From Vicugna vicugna (Eukaryota), in the NCBI GenBank assembly GCA_013265495.1, contig MU058565.1:1-64000 (forward strand): DNA of 64,000 nucleotides, given 5' to 3'. Position 1 is the stretch's first letter. Each line of letters opens with the position of its first letter. The notes under the pieces were generated by a model. That model did not search any database and was not told the origin of the DNA. It worked only from the letters and a program-made list of their open reading frames with translations. Both the position numbers and the translations under genes were made by a program. Shown here in pieces: positions 1-13,567 of the stretch.

Positions 1-1037
1 AATTTCAGTGACAGAAAGTTACTTGTGAAGCCATAAAGAAATCAGGGCAGCAGAATTTCACCTCTTTCCTGAGAAAATGCCCCCTTAAAGAGCAGGAGTC
101 AGACTCGTATCACCTGAGTCCTCAGTCAACAAAAATACCCAGCTGCACATCTGGGCGGGTACGACGTTCTCCTAAGAGAAGCCCAGCCGTCAGGCCCGAC
201 GGCTTTTTGGCCCTCTCTCTGATCTGGGGCTTCTCTGGCCTTTGAAACAGCTTCTTAACCAAAGAGGTACCTGCTCTCTCTCCTGTTACACCTGTGCGCA
301 GGAGGTAGTCTGTGGCTTCAATCTTTTTTTCTCTCCCGTCCAGCTTTAATTCTTAACGAATGGTCACGTAAATGAATCCCCTACATTTGCAGAGTTCATC
401 GGCAGCTTTTGTAGAAGCTTGTTCAAGTGCCTCACCCTTCCAGAACTCTACATAATTTCCAGTGCCTTCCAGCACCCAGCCCTGCCCCTAATATCCTTGT
501 TCTGGCCTCAAGTCCTCATGAGGCAAGGTTGGCTTAACGGCTTGCAGCCTCAGTGCCCAGACAAGACTCCGGCCCACTCCAGACTAGGAGACGGCTGCAC
601 ATAGCCTACACTCCTCCAGGGGCCTCATGTGTGCAGCGGAAAATCTGTAAGACAGGAGGCCTGGATCTGAAGTGATTCTTTGCCAATCTAATATTTGGTG
701 AAATATGAGTAAAATAATTTTTAGACAGTGATTTTTATCCGTTGACGATTTATCGAAGGTAAATGGCATAAAGTCTTAACCCAACAGTATTTTTGCAGTG
801 ACATACTAACTGGCATGCCTATTATTAAATTTAAACACTGCTCTCTGACTCCTGTTCTTATCTTCTTCCCCAGACTCCACTGTATTTATTTACCCCAAAT
901 TGTTAGGACCCTCCTGCTCTAAAATCCACAGTTCTCTACTTACCCTGAACAATGCAGAGAAGTACATAAATCATACGTATACAGCTCAATAAATTACCCA
1001 AACGTGAACAGCCTCATATCACACCACCAGATTTTAC

Positions 1038-1165
1038 CGTTCGTTCATCTTTGAGGCGACTTTCTTTAATCCTTTTTAAAGACGTGATGAAAAAATTCAC
1101 GGCACTTTTCGGAAACAAAGACAAATTTAAAACCTCAAGGATTGGGCAAAGGAATGGAAAGAGCA
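1038..1165 (-). CDS. CYP3A: CYP3A gene A exon 8: [42 protein letters not shown]; gene continues left of the window
   Basis: 128 nt, AG/GT flanks; window bases 1-30 align to the intron just before gene B exon 9 (about 34460). Confidence 0.96.
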
Positions 1166-1489
1166 CTGTAGGAGAAAAGATAAAAGGAAAGTACAGTGAA
1201 AATGCACAATTTCCCTGCAACAATTATAATTTGTGCTACCAGTCAGAGTGAAGACACCAGGATTCTCTAAGGGAGTCATTCCCTCTGGGACCCGTGCTTA
1301 CACTCCAAGCCAAGGCCTGAGCAAGGGCAGTCCACACACAGGAGCCATGACTAGAGCAGTGAAATCAGGGGCCCTTTCTCCATCTTTTGAGTGATCAGAG
1401 GGATAGAATTACACCTTGGGCTTCATTGCCTTTTATCTATAAAACTACAGTCTCTTTGGATGGAATAGACCATAGTCTGTTACTTCAGT

Positions 1490-4130
1490 TAATCATGTTC
1501 TTCAAAAAATGACTGGATAGATTTAATACAGTGTATGTCTTTCAAGCACAATGGCATGAAATTATAAATAGAAAAAAATTGAAAACTCACAAGTACATGG
1601 AAGTGAAATGATACACTCCTAAATGACTAATGGCTTGTAGAGGAAATCGAAAGGACAATGTGGAGCCACTGTGAAGTGAACAAAACTGAAGCCACAACAT
1701 ATCAGAACTGATGGGATGCAGCAAAAGAAGTGCTCGGAGAGAAATTTATGGCTTTACCTATCTACATTTTAAAAGAACAAAAATTTTGTATCAATAACCT
1801 AACTTTCCACTGTAACATATGGAAAAAGAGGAGCAAAGAAAAACTAAAGGAAGCAGGAGAAAAGAAAATAATAAAGATTGAAGTAGAAACGAATAAACTA
1901 GAGAAGAAAAACGCAATAGAGAAAGTCAATGAAACAAAAAGTTGATTCTTTGAAAAGACCTTTTTAGGTAGATTGACCAAGAGAAAAAGACAGAAGACTG
2001 AAACTGCTAGTGATGAAAATAAAGAAGGGAGATTACTACTTACAGTAAACAAATGAGAAGGACTAGATAGGAATACCAAAACAAACTGTAGGCCAATAAA
2101 TGAGTTAGCTTAGATAAAATGGACAGATTCCTAGAAAGACACAAACTACAGAAACAGATGCCAGAAAATAGACAATCTGAATAAACCTATAAGACGTACA
2201 AAGTTTGAGCTAGTAATCAAGAATCAAGTAATCAAACCATAATTTGACAAAGAAAAGCTCAGGTCCAGAAAGTTTCAATGCGGAATACTACCAAATATTC
2301 AAAGAAGAGTTAACAACAATTTTACATAAGGTCTTCTAAAAAGTAGAAGAGGATGGAACACTTCCAAACTCATTGTACATGGCCAGTATCAATCTGATAC
2401 AAAAACCAGACAAAGAGAGCACAGAAAAAGAAAACTATAGGCCAACATATCTTATGAACGTGGATGTGTACATTCTCAACAAATGAATCCAGCAAAATAT
2501 AAAAAGAGGTCTACACCAAGACCAGGGAGGGTTTATCCAAGGAATGCAAGGCTGTGTAATACGTAGCAGCAGCAGAATAAAGAACAAAAGCGTATGATCA
2601 TCTAAAGATGCAGCAGGAGCATCTGACAATATCCGACACACTCTTGTGCTAATAACTCTCAACCAAAAGGAGCAGAAGGGAATTTTCTCAACATGACGGA
2701 GGCCACGTATGAAAAATTCGTATGTAACATCACACTGAATCATCAAAGACTGGATGATTTCCTCTAATCTTGAAAAAGAAAAAGGAAATAAGTTGTAGGA
2801 TTCACATTTCCTGACTTCAAAACTTACACCACAAAGGTGTAATAATCAAGGCAATGTGCTATTGCCATAAGGATGGACATATACATCAATGCAATAGAAT
2901 TGAGAGTCCAGAAATAAATCCGCATGTGTATACTATAAACTGAATGTTAAAAAGTCTTCCAAGACCATTTAAAGGAGACAACATAGTCTTCAATAAGAGG
3001 TGCTGGGACAACACACAGCTGATGCAAAGCAATGAAGTTGGACTCTTACCTCACACCATATACATACGAGCCAATAATGCGTAATATTAGAAGAAAACCA
3101 AGGGGAAAATCATCATGACCTGAGATTTGGCAGTGAATTCTTAGATATGACACCAGAAGCACAGAAAATGAAAGGAAAAAATATAAGACTTATAGGTTAT
3201 TACAGTTTAAAATTTTGTACTTCAAAGCACACAATCAAGAAAGTAGAAAGACATACACAGAAGGGGAAAATATTTCAAATCATGCGTCTCGATAGGAGAC
3301 TTTATGCAGAATATAGAAGGAACTCTTACAACTCAACAACAAAAGGACAAACAATCCAATTATAAATGGGCAATGGATGTGACTAGACATCTATCCAAGA
3401 AGATACTAAAATGGCCGACAAACATACAAAAAGTTGCTCAACATCACGAGCCTTTAGGGAAATGCAAATCAAAACCACAAGGAGATTCCACTTCACACCC
3501 AGTGGAGTGGCCATAATAAAAAAGAAGGAGAAGTGCTGACCAGGCATTTGCAAGAATGTAGAGAACGTAGACCCCTCACACACCACCGGGGACAATGTAC
3601 TACGCTGCAGCTATAGTGGGAAATGGCTTGTCAGTTCCTCACAAATTAAACAAAGAGTTACATACAGCTCAGCAGGTTCACTTCTGAGTACTAACCCAAA
3701 GAATCAAAAACAGGGATTTCAACAATAACTTGTACGTGAATGTGCACAGCAGCACTATTCACAACAGTTAAGAGGTGGAATCAACCCAAATGTCCATCCA
3801 CTGATGAATGGATGAACAAAGTGCAGGGAGGTCATAAAACGGAATATTAATTGACCACACGAAGAAATGATCCATGCTACAATGCGGGTACACCTAGAGA
3901 ACATCACGACAACGGATCGAATCCAGCCACAAAAGACCACGTATATCATTCCACCTGTCATCTACTTGCAGTGTCCCGAACAGGCAAATCTGTGCTTAGA
4001 AAGTAGGATAGTGGTCGCTCAGGGGCAAGGGGCATGCGAGGTGACAAGTAAAAGGTACAGGGTTTCTGAGTGGACAAAAATGTTCTACAGTTGACTGCGG
4101 TAATGGTTGCACATATCTTTGAATGTAATA
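1490..4130 (+). mobile_element. Degenerate LINE-1 ORF2/3' region in gene A intron 7
   Basis: A-rich plus strand, L1 ORF2-like peptide remnants with many stops. Confidence 0.9.
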
Positions 4131-4139
4131 AAAGCCATT

Positions 4140-4900
4140 TTTTCAGTTTTTTGAGCCATAACTGACACTCTGTACTGTGTTAGTTTAAGGTGTACAGCAT
4201 AATGACAATGCATATATTGTGAAATGATTAAGATCATAAGTTTAGTTAATCTGGTGGTGGCTCACAGCAAAAGAGAATGAGACAATGAATATATGTATGT
4301 TCATGTATAACCGAAAAACTGCGCTCTACACTGGAAGTTGATAAAACATTGTAAAATGACTATAACTCAATAAAAAATGTTAAATAAGCTAAAAAAATAA
4401 GTTTAGTTAACATTCATTATCTCACATAGTCATAAAAAATGTTCTTTTTCCCTTGTGTTGAGAACTTTTAGGCTCTATGCTCTTAGCAACATAACACAAC
4501 ACAGAGCAGGGTTAGCCATATTGTATGTTATACCATCAACAATTATTTATGTTACAACTGAAAGTTTGTACCTTTTGGCCACTGTTATTCAATTCTCCCA
4601 CTACCCAACCCCCACTTCTGATAACCAAAAATTTGAAATAGTTTTTGTATGAGGTTGGATTTCTTTTTTTTGATTCTACATTTAAGTATTTATCTTCCTC
4701 TATCTCACCTATTTCACGTATCATAATGCCTTCAAGGGCTATCCACATCATGCAAAATCTGGATTTCCTTCCTTTTTATGGCTGAATAGGATTCCATGGT
4801 GCAAAGGCAATATATACATACATACACACTGACATATCACATTTTCTTGATCCATTCATATGTCGGCGACACAGATTGTAAATATTATTGAATTTTACAT
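4140..4900 (-). mobile_element. L1 3' end (minus) with a younger plus-strand L1 tail nested at ~4250-4400
   Basis: L1 3'UTR motifs (tttttatggctgaatag, ttccatgg); nested tail ends in ataactcaataaaaaa. Confidence 0.75.
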
Positions 4901-5061
4901 TTTTAAGGGGTGAATTACATGTTATGTGAATTCTATCTCAATATAGCTCTTTAGAAAAGAAAGAAACATAAATAAAGGAAGGGTGGAGGAAGGAATGAAA
5001 GAAGGAATAAAGGGAGAAGGGGAGGGAGGGAGTAAAGAAAAACACAGAACAGTCCACATAC

Positions 5062-5210
5062 TTGATACGATAAGGAGTGGATCTAGGAAGTCAAATCTTA
5101 GGAGCTTCCTGCCATTTTTTACAAAGGGATCCTGTGGGTTGTTGAGGGAATCAACGTTCACTCCAAATGATGTGCTGGTAATCACATCCATGCTGTAGGG
5201 TCCAAAGATG
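5062..5210 (-). CDS. CYP3A: CYP3A gene A exon 7: [49 protein letters not shown]
   Basis: 149 nt, AG/GTATGT flanks. Confidence 0.97.
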
Positions 5211-6433
5211 CTGAGTGCAGAAAGAAAGACATGGATGGCTCAAATTAGCACGACTTTCCCATCCTTTTCCAACATATGCAACAAGAAATGCATGAAAAAT
5301 AAGATGCCCAGGCAAGGAGGTAAAGAACCACACTTTGAGAACCACCAGCTGGATCCTCTGAACAGTCTATGCCACTGTACCACTGGGTCATGAGGTGTAT
5401 ATGAGTTGCCAAAGACACAGCTGGCCCTGTGCTAGGGACGACTGGGACTCAGTCAAGTTAGACCCTCGGCTCAAGGAACTCGGTCATAGAGGGATGGACG
5501 CCCACAATCACACAAATTGCAGTAGCGTGTTTTGACTACGGGCAAAAGCAGGTGTATAAGCACTGCGTCTGAGCAGGACAAAGGATGGAATCACTAACTT
5601 CCTCAGGGAGCCAAGAAAAGGGACATTGATCAGGGACTCGCCTCAACCCAGATCTGTGCTCAGAGTGATCCCTGTTAAGCACGTCACAGAACAGCAGCAC
5701 CCTGCTCTGAGTTGCCAGAAACATCACCCCGCCTTGGCGTGTACCCCACTAAGGCTGCAGAGACCCGCTCTTCCTCAGTGCCGCTGATCTGCGGTTGCCC
5801 CGAGGGCAGAGTCATTTCTGTAAAATGTAAGGAGTAAAAATGTTTCTAGTTAAAAAATTAATAAATCACTCCAAAATTGACTTGAGAGATGTAGCAGCTA
5901 AGTGACCACATGTCCCCAGGTTTTCAGGGCAGGCCCAGTTTGCCTGCTGTTCCTGCCTCACGGACAAAACCCCAGTCTAGACGCTCAATCCCGCGGTCGC
6001 CCTGCCCATAACCTGCGCGGGGCCTCCTCTCCTTTGGGACTGAAGGAAGTAGCAGTTGTGGCGAGAGGTAATAGTTAGCAAGTTCAGGTGTTCTCAGCAA
6101 CATTGTGAAGAGATGTAAGTTGTGCCAAGTTCCGGAGCGTGATGATTGCACCCCAGCCACGGCCCCCCAGTGCGTACCAAGGCCCTTCCCCTGCCATCAT
6201 CCCCCAGCGTCCGCACTCAAAATCGACATCATCGTGTTTCTTCTTTCTCTCCTGGCTGCCCTGCTCTTTTCGGGGATCCACCTCCTTCTGGGATGGCCCC
6301 TTGGCGTTAAACCACTGCAACCTGCTTCTGTCTGGTCAGTACGGTAACTCAGCAGTGGGAACGTCGGCGCCGTGGCAGGCAGCTGGAAGGTCTGCCCAGA
6401 GCCCGGAACACGGGCAGCTCTGCCCCTACTTAC

Positions 6434-6522
6434 TCCTTCATGGTGACGGGCTTGCCTTTCTCTGCTTCCTTCCTCAGGTTTCTCAACAACACATCTCCGT
6501 ACTGGCCAATGATGGGGAACAT
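6434..6522 (-). CDS. CYP3A: CYP3A gene A exon 6: [30 protein letters not shown]
   Basis: 89 nt, AG/GTAAGT flanks. Confidence 0.97.
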
Positions 6523-6763
6523 CTAGACACAAAATACAACAGCACCTGAGGTTAAACACAGAGACTCAAGTCCTAGAAAGATCAGGCTTTCCCATGAATG
6601 GAGCAGTAAGTGACATTTTATAACGAATCTTATAATGTTGCTTCCAGGGGGTGACGATGAAAGACAGTTTTAGATCAGCAGATCCCTCCTTGGAAAGGGA
6701 CTGTGATCTCATTTTCTACCTTATTCTCTAAGTTTCTAATAGCAGGTCCTCTTCTTTCCTTAC

Positions 6764-6877
6764 CTCCTTGAGCTTCCCACTGGTGAAGCTTGGCGACAGC
6801 AATATTCGTATTCTCTTCCACTGTTCATCCTCTGCCAGAGTAATGGCATTTTTCATAACTCCCACTGGACCAAAAAT
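6764..6877 (-). CDS. CYP3A: CYP3A gene A exon 5: [38 protein letters not shown]
   Basis: 114 nt, AG/GT flanks, WxxxR heme-propionate motif. Confidence 0.97.
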
Positions 6878-7539
6878 CTAGAGTTGAAAAAAACACATTT
6901 TACCCTGTATAAGTTTTGGAGATCTCCACATTTGTGGAAATTGTGTTAAATGTGCAGCAGTTATTCAGTAAGTATTTCGTGACTGCGTGCTTCGAAGCTG
7001 ACCCTAAGGTAGATGGTCAGTAAATATTTATCCCAAATGCACAGCCTCCTTTGAGGAGACACCCAGCCACCTGATGTCCTTTCCAGACTTTCTAGTCCAA
7101 TCTCCTTTTACATGCAGAAGACCCACGGGCAGGGAAACTGGTCTTCCAGGGGAATAAATGGGGTAGGTCTGAGCTCATCCTCCTGGGCTGTGCAAAGTAC
7201 AAGGAAGGGGACTGGTGACAGGAGCCAGAGAGCCTTGGCAAAATGCATGCTGACCAAACAGGTTCTGCCTTTACATACATCTAAAGCCTGAGCCGCCGGG
7301 ACAGGGGAGGTCTTGCTATGGTGATTGTTTAAAATAATAGTGCTTAGCACTTGAAACATTAGGGAACTATTTGCTAGTCTGAATAAATAATGATGTTACA
7401 TGAAAAACAATTTCCGCTACATTTTTTGCCGAGAGTAAGAAGGAAAACCAATTTTTATTTCTGAGCTTGGGACTGGCCTATCAAACCAAACTGCTTGAAA
7501 ATCTCCACAGCCTTCAAAATTACATTTTGTTTTAAAATG

Positions 7540-8780
7540 GATATCCCCAACACCCATTTCTGATAAAAACTCACAAAGAAGTAACAGAGGGAAACTGCTT
7601 TAATTTGATAAAGGACACTTAGCAAAAAACCCCGAAAAAACAAAAAACAACTACGGCAAACATGACACTTAATGATGAAATCCTGGGTTAACCTCATCGA
7701 GATGGCAGAGAAGGAGATTCCAGCCTCTGTTGCCCAACAAAGAAAAACAGTAAGACAGCTAGCAACGTAGAAAAATAGATCTAGGAAACCTTAGGAGTCA
7801 CTTAAGAAGTTTCAGCAACTCAGTAGAGCCTAAACGTGTGAAAAACTGACAAAAAAGACATGGGGGAGGGTTCCACTCTGCCCGCATCAGCTCACCCCCA
7901 AGGCCAGCGCCGCTCAGCGCCGCGCGGGGCTCCCAGCCTGAGAGGGCGCTCCTCGCTGGGAGGAGGACAGCAGAGCGAGTGAGCACCTTCCCAGCCGCTG
8001 AGAACACTGCAAAAGTGATGTGCTTTGGTCTCACGCCACCCAGAGACTGGCAGAGCTGAGACATCTAGGAACAAGCAGGCACTAAGAAGAAGGGCAGGGA
8101 CTACCAGTGTTAACTACACGGCAGGAGCGGCTGTGGGGAGGGACAGTCTTCCCACAAATGGGGGAGGAACAGCTTAGACAGTTACACGCAAAAACCAAGA
8201 AACACAAAAGAACCATGACCTAAACCTCCATGTTACACAAACAAAACAAAACAAAAAACCCCCACAAAATAGATTGCAGGCTTAAAAGTAAAACATAAAA
8301 CTATATGTTCGGGGGGGGAAAAAGGAGAAAAACTTCAGGATCTAGAGCTTGGTGAAGGTTTGGGAATTCATACCAAAGGCACAACCCATAAAAGAAAACA
8401 ATGGTAGGTTTGCCTCATCAAAATAAAACAAAGTCTGCTCTGCTAAAAACCCGGGTAAGAGGAGAAGGGCAGGTACACACTGTGACCATAAACAACGGAG
8501 GGAGCCTTGCGGGGCTGGAACAATTCTGTGTTTGGATTGTGGTGGCACTTACACAGAGCTAAATCCATGGCAAATTTTCAGAGAGCGCACAGAGCGCACA
8601 GAAAACTGATTAAATTGGAATCGGCTCTGCGGATAGTGTCACAGTCTGCGTCCTGCTCTGCTGTGGTACGACATTCATTCACGATGTTACCACCGGGGGA
8701 AGCATGATGCAGGTATATAACACGGGACCGCCCTGTAATTTTTTCTTTTGAGAACATTCTTTTGAGAATTTACAATTATT
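7540..8780 (+). mobile_element. Old L1 fragments (ORF2 piece, 5'UTR-like piece, 3' piece) in gene A intron 4; homolog in gene B at 40850-42170
   Basis: L1-like sequence shared by both paralogs. Confidence 0.7.
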
Positions 8781-8838
8781 TCAAAATGAAAATTTAATAA
8801 CGAATGAATGAATTAAAATTTTAAAAACACATGCCTAC

Positions 8839-8938
8839 CCGTCGGTTTGTGAAGGTAGAATAGCATTCTTTCACTAACACTGTTTTGATCATGTCTGGAT
8901 CAAGAATTGCCAGCACAGGCCGTCCACCATCATAAAAC
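8839..8938 (-). CDS. CYP3A: CYP3A gene A exon 4: [33 protein letters not shown]
   Basis: 100 nt, AG/GT flanks. Confidence 0.97.
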
Positions 8939-10189
8939 CTGCGTGCAGAAAACAGCTGATTAGATTGAACGAACTGGTTTGTGCAGCCGGGGCCACCCTG
9001 GAGTCCAGATGGTCATACCGCCGTTACATAACCCTTACTACTGGTATGATGGCTAGGGATACATTAACACTCCGGTTCGCTCTAGGACTGTGTGCAGGGG
9101 GATTCTACCACTCTTCATAATTTTTAAGGTTTTCAAATATTTCATTTTCAAAAACTAAGCTGGCTTAGTAAATCATTGAAGGCAAGTTAATTATGTGGAA
9201 ACAAACAAACAAACAAAATTAAGGAGAATCCACCTACTCAGTCATTTTTGAAAACATTTCAAGAAACATGAAAAATGTATATGATATAAAGTCAGGTCAA
9301 AATTCAAGACACACTGATCACAGAGAGGTAGCAGTGTGTCTGCAGACGGAAGATGTCGAATGGTCTACAGTGGCAGTAGGATTGTCAAAGATTTCTTTGC
9401 CCTATTTTATATTTTTTTGAAATATTAAAAAAAATAATACGGAGATATCCTTGGTAGCATCAAGTTTAGAATAATTTGAAACAAAAGGACAAAGAGAATA
9501 AAGGAAGTCAGAGCAGCAGGTAGAATTCATTTCTGAAATGTTCTCTTTCCACTGCTTGCATGTCTTCTTCTGCCGGGGTCCCCTGTGGGCCTCGGGCCCC
9601 ACGGCAGTGACATTCCTGTAGCAGGGCAGACGCACTTTTGACACACCTGCCACCCAAAGCTGAGCCTTCATATGTGACACTCCCCACTCTGGCCTCATCT
9701 CTTGCCTGTGAGGATGTCCATTCCCAGGAACGGGCCACTGCTGGGACATTTACCGTAAGTTGAATCATACTGCCTGCTGGCACGTTGTCTTCCACTGTGA
9801 AGCAGTTGCAATTGCTAGAACACAATGGAAGATTTTCTGCAAGTCACCTGTTACTCCTTTGACTTCACAGAGGAATTTCAAATGGTTTTGTGATCATGTA
9901 TATAAATGGATGAGAATCAGTGCGCTATTTCTAAAAACTATTCTAAAGCTCAGAGGCTTTAAGTGGGCGTCAACTGTACTTAGCGCTGAAGCCAGGCCAG
10001 AAGTGACTGAGGAGGCAGCTCGGCTGCTCCTCCACCTCACTGACCATGTTTCTTGGATGAGTCCCTTCTTCCCACCATGTTTTCTCAAAAACACCTCAGT
10101 GGAGACGGAATAGTGGTTTGGGGTGACCCTTTATATTCATGGTATCACACCAGCCTTCGTATTTCCTTCACTACCAGTTGAAATTCAGA

Positions 10190-10330
10190 TTCCTGGGCCC
10201 CTTCCCAGATCCTCCGGAGTCAGTGATGCTGTGGTGAGGGGCAAGTCTTGACTTTTAACCTGCCCTCCCAGGGGGTTCTTATTTACACCCAAGCACAAGA
10301 ACTGTTTTCTCAAGAGAGAACTGGGATCCA
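10190..10330. mobile_element. MER5-like hAT DNA transposon remnant; homolog at 43690-43825
   Basis: cagattcctgggcccc..cagatcct..ttttaac motif. Confidence 0.6.
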
Positions 10331-11297
10331 CCGTGAAAACGCGACTCCATCCGGAGCCCACAAGCACTACATGTTGGAGCCGGTCCAGAGGCGATGCAGT
10401 GCTGCGGGCTCTTTCCACTCTATCACGTTGCCCTTGTGGGCCATGCCAGCTCAGCAGGGCCTTACGGTTTCTGAGGACTCGATGAGGGAAGATGAAGAGG
10501 TACGGAGAGGCAGAGCCTTCTCCCACATGCTTTAAGCAAACAAGCATCACATTACAGCTGTCCTGCTCCTCTCACCAAACCTCCAACAGCTGCGAGGCAA
10601 CAGCCTCTGCCAAGGCCACTCTGCAAAGTCATCGAGTCCTCCAGCACACCTGCAACACCTGGGCTAGAGATAGCCCACATCTTTTCAAAGTCAGAGGAAT
10701 AGAGTAGTTAAAGCAGTTTTTCTATACACTTCTATTGAAAAATCTTGGCTTAAAATTAAAAAAAAACCACACCTCTGTGCAGAGAAAGTTTTAAAAAGTA
10801 GGGTAAGAAGGGTGTCCTTCTCTTGTTACCTCTACCCCACAGTCCTTCTTTAATAAGGACATACTTTTAAACTCAAAACTTAAATAAAGGAATTTGGCTT
10901 TTCCTTGAAAGCGAATCATGTCGTGAAGGGTAAACACATACATTTATGAGCACATGTTAGAATGTTCTGGAATAATGCGTTTGATGCAATTAAGGGTGCC
11001 CCAAAGAAGGCAAAATGGAGAAAAGAGGAAGAGCAAGATACTGGGCATGAGGTGGTGCTCGGAGTCCCTGGGCCATCAAAGGCTGGAGGAAAGTGATGGC
11101 CTGCAGCTCTCCAGGCCTGACTCAGACTGCAGACCTGCACACCTGGTGACCTCGGGGCTCCCTGGGAGAACAAGCTCCCAAAGCTGCACAACAGATGGTT
11201 TCAGCACAAGCAGCTCCGCACTGAGACCGCCCCCTTCACCGCAGGGCAGCGCCTCATCACGGCAAGCCTATCCCATGGAAGTTGCCGCAATACTCAC

Positions 11298-11350
11298 CCC
11301 CACACTTTCCCATACTTTTTAAAACATTCCTTGTCAAAATCCCAAATACC
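11298..11350 (-). CDS. CYP3A: CYP3A gene A exon 3: GIWDFDKECFKKYGKVWG
   Basis: 53 nt, AG/GT flanks, phase consistent. Confidence 0.96.
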
Positions 11351-11966
11351 CTGCAGGAGAAAAAAAACATCAAATTATTAGTTAAATGTATTGAACCCTA
11401 CCTCTAATTGGGACAAAAGTGACTTGAATGCCATGAAATCAGGGTTAACGTTGTCCACTGGCAAATGGAAGGAAACTCTCATTCAGGGATGTCTTAGGGG
11501 AAAAGAGATAAAACAGACGAGATATTTGAAATGGAGCATTTAAAGTCATTCCTCGCCTTGTCTGAATACTTAATAAATCCTTGTCTTTCTGAAGTGTTTT
11601 GGCTTGTGCATGTGTTCTCTCTAAAATCTCATAGCCCTCTGAGTTTACTCTCCGTGGACATGTAAGAATAATGAAGCTGAGAAAAAGAGTTTCCTCTGCA
11701 CACCTTCAGCTCCTAGTTAAGCTGCCTTTTCATTTATCCTAAGAGCCCTCTCCAGAATTGTAGCAGAGTTAGGAAGTTAAAGACACCAGTGACTTCTGTT
11801 AGTCTAGCAGATTTAACATCTAAGGCATGTGTGTTGAGTGAGAAACTGAGTGAGCAAAACAAATGAATGAGAAAGTGGATCGACTTCTAGTTTTCCAGCT
11901 CAGACAGAGAAGAAGGGGAGACACCACAGCTCAGCGAGGGCCAGTGCATAAGAACACGTGCCCTGA

Positions 11967-12204
11967 CTCCAAGATTTGCAGATACTGACTAGTATATATA
12001 AAATAGATCAACATCAAGTTTATACTGTAGAGCACAGGGAACTATATTCAATATCTTATAGTAACTTATGGTGAAAAAGAATATGAAAATGAATATATTT
12101 ATGTTCATGAATGACTGAAGCATTGTGCTGCACACCAGAAATTGACACAACATTGCAAACTGACTATACTTCAGTAAAAAAATATATATACATACAAGAA
12201 AAAA
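11967..12204 (+). mobile_element. 5'-truncated L1 3' tail, specific to gene A intron 2
   Basis: Flanked by ~14 bp TSD AACAC(G/T)TGCCCTGA; absent at the gene B homolog (~45350). Confidence 0.85.
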
Positions 12205-13473
12205 ACACTTGCCCTGAGTATTCACTTCTGTAACTGTAAAAACAAAACAAACAAACAAAACCCTTCCGGTTGCTAAGTTTCTGCTATGACTTTTGATGGT
12301 TTAACTGCAAATGAAGGTCCCAGAAGTGTGGGTCTTGGAGTGCATCCACCAAGTACTTTATCTGGGGAAGGCGGAAAGGATATCGTTGCCTTTTCAGAAG
12401 GAAGAAAGTTCAAGCAGTTCTTAGGCAGTAATGAGACAATGAAGGCTCAGGATGGAGAATGAGGATCTGAGGAACAAGCCCCAGGTCTGCGGGAAAGGAA
12501 GTCTGAGGCCGAGAGCAGCCTGCACACGAGGCTCTGCCCCTGGACGTCCAGGTGCTGCTCATGAGCTTCAGCTCAGGGGCCAGGCCCCGGGCGAGGAGGC
12601 GTCAGACCCGGATTAGCATCAAGGCTCTGCTGGAAGTCACAGTCTGTGTCACCTAGTACATTCTGTTCAGTTAAATTAAATTGAGAATAATTTTCTTAAA
12701 TCATGTCCCTTCTAGTGATTTTGTATAAGTGGTTCTGCCTTGCTTAAAAAAAAAAGACCAAAAAAACCCCAAATGCTCACGCAGAGGTTAAATAGGTGAA
12801 GTCGAAGACAGCTACCACCCTATCTCAGTTATACTCACTCTTTGCTCAGATTCCCCCGTAAGGCGCTTCCTTTCAGGGCACAGGAGTAAAGCAGAAAGCT
12901 CTCGCTCCAGCTCTCAGATCCCCCGGATTGTCACGGGCACAAGAGGTGGATTAGGGCGTGGAGAGACCGGCAGGGCTCAGCGGTTCTTGAGGGAATTCAG
13001 GTGTGTGAAAATTACCTGGTTGTGAAGTTTTGGGCTGCCTTAGAAAGTGAAGTTTCCCAGCCATCCAGGAGGAATGGAAAAAAAAGGTTACCCACAGCTC
13101 ATGCTACTAACAGCGAAGTCTGAGTCCAGTGAACATAGTTTAAGGAGCCAAGACTGGGCACCTCCTTCATGCTTTTCTCCTAATACTAAGGGAGCGGTAC
13201 CTTCCGGGGGATCTGCGTCTGGCAGAAAGAAAACCAGCTTCCCAGTACTCCCAAGATGGAGCATCAGGTCCTGTGCTGGACCAGCCAGGGGGTGGGCTGT
13301 CTGCCCGAGGCAAAACCTGGGGCTCCTACAGCTGACAATGAGGCACGTGCTGCTTAGGCCCACGATGGCATCTCTAGGAAGTGTGAAACCTCAGGACTTC
13401 CTCCTTTTATGATGGCACTCAGCTGGGATTTGCAACCATGAGAGGCAAAAGAGGAGGTTCAAACAACACTCAC

Positions 13474-13567
13474 CTTTTGGTAAGCTAGAATATTTCCAAA
13501 AAAGGGCAGAGGCTTTGGCCCAGGAATCCCCAGCTTCTTAAATACTCCATGTGAGTACGTCCCATAG
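13474..13567 (-). CDS. CYP3A: CYP3A gene A exon 2: [31 protein letters not shown]
   Basis: 94 nt, AG/GT flanks, proline-rich PGPKPLP hinge. Confidence 0.97.
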
